DNA of 64,000 nucleotides, taken from positions 7,192,001 to 7,256,000 of the forward strand of contig JBHGNT010000001.1 of the NCBI GenBank assembly GCA_043228905.1, written 5' to 3'. The notes below the pieces were generated by a model. The model had not been told where the DNA came from and did not search any database. It worked only from the letters and a program-made list of their open reading frames with translations. How positions within the stretch are numbered: the first letter of the stretch is position 1; the number at the start of each line of letters is the position of its first letter. This document shows, in pieces, positions 54,987 through 64,000 of this stretch. This stretch comes from Azolla caroliniana. Its lineage: Eukaryota; Plantae; Polypodiophyta. Both the position numbers and the translations under genes were made by a program.

Positions 54987-57272
54987 GGCAATGCTAGTCG
55001 GATTGTTTAGTATGATATTGTCTATCTACTATTTTTTAGTAGATAGGCAATGCTAGTCGGATTGGCTATGATATACAAGTATCTAGTCTAGATTAGCTAA
55101 TATATAAAACCATGTGCATTCCTTGGAATACACACGCTCTAACAATTAAGTGAGAAAAGGATGTATCCAATGAGGAATACTCTCATAGTTAAGAGTCAAG
55201 ACATTTGTTTATGGTTTCAAAATTTTAATTGTCTTGCTGTTTTCTTTTATCCTTCTAATCAATAAGGGCTATGTTTCCTTTAAATTTTATGTTTTTGTTT
55301 TTCTTATGGGAAAGATTAGACCTACCCTTATGAGCTATTGCACAACACAGGCAAGTGTGTACGTTGGTTCTTAACTTCTTCCGAATGATTACAAAAATGC
55401 ATGTTTGTCAAATCAAACTTTTTAGATATAAATACTTTCAAACATGTGGCAAGCTACAACTTTGCAACCTTGACCATGCTTACTTGGATGTGTCCTAACA
55501 TCAAAATACAACCAATTACATTGCTAGTTCAACCCTCAAAGATTATGTTCTCAAGTTCTTAAAAAATAACATGTGATCCTCACTTCATGGATCTCTTATA
55601 CAAGAGCATCATGTGTAACTCCCCCGATGATAAATTGAGGAAGCAACCTAGGTTTGAGGACTAAGTAGTGATCCAAACTTGATGGTGTTCTCAAACAAGA
55701 GGAATATACTGATATTGCCTCTCCCACATATAAAATTGAGCAAGCAATCCACGTTTGCGAGTTGGTGTGTTTTATAACATAGGTTATGATTGGTGGTTTG
55801 TATTATTATCATATAAGCTCATTGTATCCAATATATACGTATGTATAACTATAAACTCCGATGTGTTAATAATGTTGTGATAGATTAAACTTTGTGGAAC
55901 ACAAGCAATCAATGTCACATATTCTTGAAAAAATAGATTTCATTTGCCATATTTACTATTTACATAAAGAATCATGTCATATGATTGATGTTGATATAGG
56001 TTGCATTATCAATCCATGATCGCACAAGTGGAATGTAATGTATGCCAAGTTTTTTATCCCAAATAACACAATTTGTTAGTTGGCGAAGCATTTCATCTAA
56101 GTAACGCATCTACGAATGCTAGGGAATTCCATATCATGAACCACCATGCATTCATCATACCTCCTCCTAGTAGATAATGAGCATGGTGAAGGTTATGGAG
56201 TACATCATTGATTTAAGAAAACCTCACATCCATCTTCCTAAATTTGCATGGGGAAACAAGTAAAAAAAAACTCAAAAGACATGTGGAAACAAAATTGATA
56301 CCATCTGTTTGAATGGATGGAGGATTGTTGAGATATTTTGGAGGATGCTATGCATTATACTTGCTTCATGATGCCTCAACATATTCTTGCTAAATGAGGC
56401 TTTTTGCTGTGCTAATGTATGCATGTTTGGGGGGTTGTGGATGGTCACACCTAATACTTATATTACTTACGTTGTACCAATTTACAAAACCATTTACTTC
56501 TTCCATTCTAGTGGACATTCACGCATTGCTTCCTTGTGACTTAGTTCACATTCTCCTCCATGTCACACATAGTACTAAGGCTATAGCGAGTGATTGGCCT
56601 AACCTAGGGCATTGAGTCCGAAGTGTCGAAACACCTAATTAAAGATAATCGTATGGAATTGTTTCATTTGACCATCACGTTGTGCATGTAATAGTTTCCA
56701 AGAATCCCTTACAATAAGCAACTTGAAAACCCGTCTTTATAGGAGCATAGACAATGTGAATCACACTTCCTTTCTAATCCATCGAAGGAGAATCCCATCA
56801 TGTAAGTTTATTTCAGTAAAGGTCCCAATTGTTCATGTTTATGACATTTAAATGACTCTAATATATAACATCATGATCTCTCTACTCACTAAATCTTCGC
56901 GCTTCTCATTTTTCCATCGTCTCAGGTTAGGTTACAATGAAGTATAGACACCATAAGAATATTTGTTGGTTCAATGAAAGTTGTCGTCCATTTCGCATGT
57001 GTTCACGAGATCGAATTGGTTGGACGGACAAGAACTCTCCAGGGGGCGACATTGCATCCATGTAAAAATATCACACAATCCATTGACAAAGTGCTTTAAA
57101 AGACCAGCTTTTGAAATACGGCAGTGCATTCATCACGACATTTTACGATCCCATTGCCGAATGCTCAAAATAAGAAAACCGTTGTTGTGCTGCTTGTGCT
57201 AAGTTGATAGGTGAACAATTGCTGTGCAATGGTTTGCTATAGAAGTTAACCCATGTGAACACACCCTTAGCC

Positions 57273-57309
<37 letters not shown>

Positions 57310-57684
57310 CTTGTTAGATTATCCTTTGCCCTTCCCATTTTCATAACCATCTCTTCTTTCTTTCTTTCTTTCTTCTTCTTCTTCATGAGAGCTTTGGCTA
57401 AAGGATACTAATATCTTACTGGTAAGCTCTCTCTCTCTCTGTCTCTCTGTGAGAAATACAGAGAAAGTATTAGGGTTTCCTCTGGGGAAGCACCACCACC
57501 TACAATTTAGGGTTTTTCCTCTCTCCTTCTTCTTCTTCTTCTTCTTCCGTTTGTTCTCCCTCATTCATTTTGTGCGGATCTTCAAAGAATTCGAGCTTCA
57601 TATAACAAGCAAGCACAGCCATGGTGTGCATCTATATGTATATGTATGTACACGAATTGATTCTTAAGCATTAGCAAATTATGC

Positions 57685-58602
57685 ATGGCTGATACATCAT
57701 CAAGCTGTGGAAATCTTCCTTTAGACAGAGCCCTCCTTGAGAATCTCCTCCATAGCTTAAGAGATGACTCTTGTTCTTCTCTCTCTTCTTCAGAAGAAAG
57801 AGAAGAAGAACAGAGGAAAGCATCAAAAGAGCTTAGGAACCTTGCAAAGCAAAGTTCGATAAATAGAGTATGCATAGCCGAGGCAGGGGCAATTCCAGTA
57901 CTCATAAAGAAGCTCAGATCTAATGATTTCTACACACAAGCAAACTCCATAGCTGCCCTCTTGAACCTAACACTGAAGAATGAAGAGAACAAGAAGGCCA
58001 TAATCTATGCACTAGGGATAGACCCAATTGTAGAGACTCTACAGAAGGGTTTGTTACTGGAAACAAGGGAGAACGCCGCGGCATTGTTATTCAATCTCTC
58101 CTATTGTAATAGTGTGAGGGTGATGGTGAGCTCGTCCAAAGGCGTGTTTAGCGGGTTGGTTTGTCTCCTAGAGAGGGGCAGCGCACGCGGGAAGAAGGAT
58201 GCGGCGGCCGCATTGTACAATCTCCTCCAGATACGAGGCAATCGGGCACTTGCAGTACGGGCAGGTGCTGTCCCGCCATTGATCGGCCTCACCCAAGACC
58301 CCTCCTCATGTCTCGTGGATGAGAGCCTCACTGTCCTCCTCGCCCTCGCGAGCCACCAAGAAGGAAGGTTCGCGATTCGGAAAGCTCGTGGCTCGCAAGC
58401 TCTCTTGGGATTGCTCGAACAAGGCTCAGATTCTAATAAGGAATATGCTTGTGCTGTGCTCCTTGTGCTCTGTCACGAGGATTATGGTTGCGTGGAAGAG
58501 GTTTGTAATCTCAATGGCCTCGAGCTTCTGGCGGAACTTTGTGTTTCTGGGACTGAGCGTGCACAGCGAAAAGCCTCAAAGCTCATCAAACTTTTGAAGT
58601 GA
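57685..58602 (+). CDS. ARM-repeat protein similar to the C-terminal half of plant U-box (PUB) E3 ligases; no U-box in the ORF
   Basis: 305-aa ORF with ELRNLAK..NRVCIAEAGAIPVL, ALLNL, RENAAALLFNLS, GSARGKKDAAAALYNL, AVRAGAVPPL, KEYACAVLLVLC, GTERAQRKASKL. Confidence 0.88.
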   Translation: MADTSSSCGNLPLDRALLENLLHSLRDDSCSSLSSSEEREEEQRKASKELRNLAKQSSINRVCIAEAGAIPVLIKKLRSNDFYTQANSIAALLNLTLKNEENKKAIIYALGIDPIVETLQKGLLLETRENAAALLFNLSYCNSVRVMVSSSKGVFSGLVCLLERGSARGKKDAAAALYNLLQIRGNRALAVRAGAVPPLIGLTQDPSSCLVDESLTVLLALASHQEGRFAIRKARGSQALLGLLEQGSDSNKEYACAVLLVLCHEDYGCVEEVCNLNGLELLAELCVSGTERAQRKASKLIKLLK

Positions 58603-58634
58603 TATAGATATATATAAAATCTATGTGTGTATCT

Positions 58635-58945
58635 TGTGTAATGGTGGAGCTTTAGGGAAAATACAAAATGGTGAAGCTTTATGACAACAAAAGGTATATC
58701 TTATGGAGTGATTGTGGAGCTTCGGAGTGCCGAAAAAGCTCTCTTAAATATAACAATGGTGGAGTTTTAGAGCAACAAAACATAACTATCTTCTTTGGAG
58801 CTATGGTGTGGATGGTTTAGGGCAGCACAAGTCTCTCTTCCAGAGTGTTGGTGTGAAGCGTTAGGGCAACATACAATGCTCTCTTATAGAGCAATGGTGG
58901 AAATTTAGGGCTTCTTTAATAGAGCAATGATGGAGCTTTAATGCG
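58635..58945 (+). repeat. Degenerate repeat (ATGGTGGAGCTTTAGGG core, about 8 copies) immediately 3' of the ARM gene
   Basis: Recurring variants of atggtggagctttagggc. Confidence 0.6.
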
Positions 58946-61900
58946 TCAAATGGCCCTTATAGAGAGCAACTATGAACAAAGCTTCACACTTACCAATAAA
59001 AAATGAGGGTTGAAAGGACCTCTTATAGCATCTGCATATGTATTTGTCTATATATGATATGTTGCAAATCTCTGTTCCCTATCATTTGTGGTATATATGA
59101 TTTATCTGGCATCTTCCTCATTCAGCATCACATATATATATGTATATTATATATACGATGTGATATCAAAATCATAGTCGGCATCGATTATGGTTGAGAA
59201 AGTTGCCATGTTATGCAATTCCAGATTGATTGCCATGGTAGTGAAGGTCTCTGATTGGAGATATATCATAAATATATATCTAACTCTAGGCCGGATAAAA
59301 GAAACATAATTTGTGAAGCAAGGGAATTTCTGTACATCACAATTATGGTGATCTCTAGACCCAAACAAGCCAATGATTTGTACAATGCTTTGTAGTGTTC
59401 AAGGCAGCATGCCATATAATGTAAAGTTATGTACATAGAGGCAAACTTTGTGAACCAGCGTGGGAAACTTGCTCTCATAACTATGAAGCCTATTTGTCAT
59501 GTTGTTTTGTATTATGTGAACCTTTGTTCCTTATATGTGGCATGGTCATGAAAGTTAAGAGAGAGCATTCACTCATTTGTATATGCCATTGGAATTAAGG
59601 TAAAACAAATGTGTGCCATTAGCCTCCCAAATGGGCAAAAATGGTGATGGATGATAGATAGTAAGAGAGCATGATACATATGGTCTTTTCTCATGCAGTT
59701 TCATAAGCTCGCGCTCTAAATACGTGGACTACTGAAGTGGAATATTAATATATCTAGGATAATGTCTTGAGAGATTGTGATACATATAGTATTTTCTCAT
59801 GATGTTTCATAAGTTCGCTCTTAATATGCAGGCTATTGATGTGGAATATTAATATATCTAGATTAATGTCTTGATTTTGTTTCAAGTTATTCCTTTTGAA
59901 AGCAAAGTTCCTCACCTTTGTACAAAATTGGAGATTTCTCAAAATGGCACATTGTTTGCATAATCCTTAAATCCATTGATCTAAATTAAGAATTTGTAGA
60001 AATCACCAATCTTGTTTTGGGGCACTAGGAAGTGATTGCCATGAACATAGGTGAAATTCGATAACTATTGCAAGGGGACACTATATTTTTAATATTGCTC
60101 TTTTTTAGTTGGGCAAAAGTGGCAAATGTTATCTCTAGTTCTTCGAATGGTAGGCTAGATAGTCGATGCTCAATCCCTAACATTTGTCTAGAGAATTATC
60201 AAAGTAAAAGATGTAATACCCACGAAAATCTACTTTTTCCTACTAAACTTTGATTGTGGTAAACTGTACAAAACACATGGCAAAATAGGTTAATATGTAT
60301 GTCTTTGTTAAACTTGTGTGTAATAGATTAACATGTATTTTAAAGGAATTTATGGAGCAATTATTCCAAATGACATTGGTGTCGTAGATTAGGAAGATGC
60401 AACCAAAAAAGGAGGTGAATTGAGTACATTCTAAGCTAATTTTATTATAACTAGAAGTTCATAGATATTATCTTCCCTTTATAAACCACAACTAGTAAAA
60501 CATGTTTCATATTTAAATGCCAATATAGTGTTCTATGATCCTTGACTAGTTAATTCAGCCCCCGTAACCGAGGTAAACCTTATCCATACATTTGTTCACC
60601 ATTGCTAGCTCACACATGTTGGCAATACTTCAATATTTTATTATATTCTTGGACTATTGACATTACTTACAAAGTTACATACAATGCAATATTGCGCCCT
60701 ATCGGATCCACTTAGTTTTCTTTTTCATAAGAATAAACTACCACAAGAGACATGTCCTATTATTCTTAGTGGAAAAAGCTCGACCATTGTTTAAGAAAAC
60801 AAGTGCACATATTTTTTTTTAATCTCAAAATGTAAGCTTTACAATAAGATTTCAAACTAGGCTTCTTAAAAAGAATATGCCTCATTAGAGGCAATGGTGC
60901 TAATAAAGGTGGTAATCAATAGCATATCACTATATCAATAATGCTATTTAAAGAAGAGCAAATGATGTCATGTGAAAAGGAAGAGATGAAGGGGTTGGGT
61001 GGAATTTTCTTAAGAACGAAGGAAATAGAGGTTCTATATTGAAGAATACAAATGCTCGTAGAGTGTAAACATTTAAATACTTCCATTTTCATCCGGGTAA
61101 CCAAAGTCACATCCAACATGTTGTGAAAGGGAGAGGGCAAGAAGAAATCACTGCGTAGAGAATGATATATGAGGGACAAAGCCAAGTTGTTATCATTATA
61201 TCGGAATAATGGTAGGAATCAATAATGTTACATGAAATGAGCGGAGGGGGATAAAGGAAAGCAGTAAAATGAAGAGATTGGATAGATATATCGCTTAAAA
61301 GTACTATTAATAAAGGAGAACTTCTGGATAGCAAGCCGGCCTAGTTCATCAAATGTAAATATTCAAATATTTTATCTTCCACCCCAAGCACTAAAGTCAC
61401 ATCCAAGCAGAATATCTTATCGAACAAATAGTAAAAAGATTAGTTTCAATACAATGTAGTTACTAGTCACGTTACATTCCAATGATATGATTTTTTAAGT
61501 TGCACATGTTTTTTGTTAGGTTGCCTTGCTGATTAGACATACTAACTCATGACGGACACATTCTCATGTCTCTTTTCTCCACGGAAATTGATCTTGCATT
61601 GTCATTCAGAAAAAGTCAACCTTTTTTATTATTATCTCAATTCAAACAATGATAGTATATCATCATACATACAATATAAACAGATCTAACATATTCTTTA
61701 CATTTTTTGAATTACATGGACAATGTAGAGTTTTGTTTTGAATTTTCTTATGTGTTTAATTTTCATTACTTGCGAGTATTACGCTTCATCCTCTCATACA
61801 TCTCCTCTCACACATGTACATGCTCTTAAGGTTATTATAGGGGAGCTTAGGATTAGATTGTTTTGCCCTTTGGGTGGTTTGAAATTAGCAAGGAAATTCA

Positions 61901-63628
61901 TGAAGATGATCATTAGTCCATTCCTTGTTGAAGAAACAAGCACAAGGCAAAATGATTTGAATATTGATCTCCAAGCATCAAAGCATCACTCTATCAATTT
62001 TACAAGTAAAGGTGGTAGCATGCATCGAGAATACACTTATATACTATATATGACATTGTACATTACGTTTGATCATCAATTTAGCCACATTCTTCCTCTA
62101 ACTCATCCCTTCACATATCTACGTGGTATGATGGTCTAATATTAGAGCTAGCCTCCACGAGATTTGAACAAGAGTGTTTGTTTTTTCTCCCTCATATTTT
62201 ATAACTAATAGTTCACATTTCACTAGTAACTACATACATACAAAACTTCATTATATTAACATTAAGCGATATGGATCACTTCTCTTATCATAATGGTGTG
62301 TTTGGGGTCTATTGTCTTCTTTGATATCAACTTACTGTAGTGGCAAGCTATTAAACTAAAAGCACAAGGGTTGACTTTTCACAAAAATTTATTACGCTAT
62401 GATTTTGCGTAATCTATTTGATGCCATCGTGGAATGTAGGGGTTGAATGCATGACTTGTTGATTTGTATCAAACAACTTTATTGTTCGACTTTTCACACA
62501 TCTTTTGTTCTATTACTAGATGCCACAATGAAATGTAAGGGTTGAATGCTTGACCGTTTGGTGTCTGCTGAATAACCTCACCAATTGAGCTACAAATATT
62601 TGGGCTCCCCTCTTACATAATTCACACTCTAGCTCTCTTCATTAAAGATTTACCACACTTTCAATCACTCTCCTCCTCCTAATTCTCACTCTTGAGCTCT
62701 CTTAATCTTAACTACAAGTTTACCATGCTTTCAACCTCTCTTTTACTCGCCCTCTTTCTCTTATCTTGTCAATCTTTTTATACCCTCACGATTTGACGCT
62801 TTTACCTCATAGTGATAACGCAATGGCAATTGCAACCCAATGGTGAGAACATCATTGACAATGCTAATACAATGGCATCTATGATAATATTAGGCATAAT
62901 TACTTATGCCGGAGCATTATTATATTACTAAAAGTGAAGATAACCTTTATAAGAGAAGAACTAATATCATAAGGTGAGAGAGTAAATTTTGACTAGCACA
63001 CTTTCGTGAACTCTCTTAGTGGTTGTTAGAGAGTAATGTTACCAACATCACCATTGTCATCATTGATGGCTCAAACTAACGATGATACCATATTGATTCA
63101 AATGAGATGATTTTGGTCATCATAGATCGATCATCTCTAATCTCATATAGTTTGCATGGACTGATGGAACTCTATTGGTAATGTATCCATCCATGATCCC
63201 TCTATGGTGTCCTAACCAATAAACCAAATGTGCTATGAAGATTAACAATATATGAATTTGTTATAATCTTCCAATTACAAGGTTTTCCAAATGGTTTATG
63301 TTTCAACCTACAAAGCAATTGTTTAGTATAAAATATTGTAGGATGACCAACTTCTCTCAATATTGGAGAATGTTGCTTATATGCTTTTGTCAAGATTATA
63401 TCAATTGGATGACTGAGTGGTCATAATAAACCTAGAAAGAGTGGAATACCTTCAATGTTTGTCGCACCATTGTTTATATACACTAGGTTCAAACATACCA
63501 TAAGATATGAACAATATCTCTAAGAAGCTTATGCCAAGAGGGATAGAAAGAAGAAATGTTTATATTTGCGATAATAACAATGCCAACCCCAACTCAACAA
63601 AAAGTCGATTATCTTACTTCGAACTAGG

Positions 63629-63769
63629 TATAAGGAATTCCAAGATGTCTCCAATAAGGACAAGGCTACTAACCTACTAGAACATAGACCCTACAATTGT
63701 CCTATCGATCACCAACCAGGAAAAGATTTGCCATGGGGACCAATTTATAATTTATCGCCAGTAGAGTAG
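63629..63769 (+). mobile_element. Gypsy (Tf2/Tcn1-like) pre-RT fragment
   Basis: Translates YKEFQDVSNKDKATNLLEHRPYNCPIDHQPGKDLPWGPIYNLSPVE*. Confidence 0.65.
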
Positions 63770-64000
63770 AGCTCAATGGCCATGTTTACTTTTGAAGGGA
63801 ATATTAGAGTGGTCTCCGGCATACATGATAGAATGTTAAAGGTGGATGTATATCAATCAATCATGTGCTTCTGTAAAGATATTATACCATGTTCGAAATG
63901 TGAATGGACGAGCAACATATGCTTCTTAAACATGTCCAAACACTCAATGTAGGAAGAGGAAGAGAGCTTGCCATGCCAAAGTTTCAAAAATATAAGTGAC

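Noticed and set aside
59000-63600. Short ORFs and LTR- or LINE-like patches (also 53100-53600 and 55400-57200)
   Set aside because: Too degenerate to classify without a database search

Overview
AT-rich land-plant nuclear DNA; a fern or other seed-free plant is my inference. There are three host genes: a 12-exon RSM22/METTL17 mitoribosome assembly factor (+, 2199-7823), a convergent 5-exon mitochondrial HSP70 with unusual substrate-binding-domain substitutions (-, 10088-13901), and an ARM-repeat gene with no U-box in its single ORF (+, 57685-58602). Directly upstream of HSP70 a LINE is split by a 24-kb nested LTR-retrotransposon stack (15179-39106). The order, resolved from LTRs and TSDs, is LINE > Copia A > Copia B > Copia C1 > Copia C2 > Gypsy D, plus a D-related solo LTR (E) and a hAT-like end. 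The most interesting object is Gypsy D (23374-30673). It is intact, GC-rich and young, lacks a chromodomain, has an 18-nt tRNA-Trp primer-binding site, and has a -1 frameshift cassette (G_GAU_UUU plus a predicted pseudoknot) placed after the protease. Its flanks do not form a TSD and it joins two different Copia elements, which implies inter-element recombination or an assembly collapse. The rest (40-64 kb) holds hAT MITEs, LINE 3' fragments, a solo LTR, Gypsy fragments, a near-perfect palindrome and unassigned AT-rich sequence.
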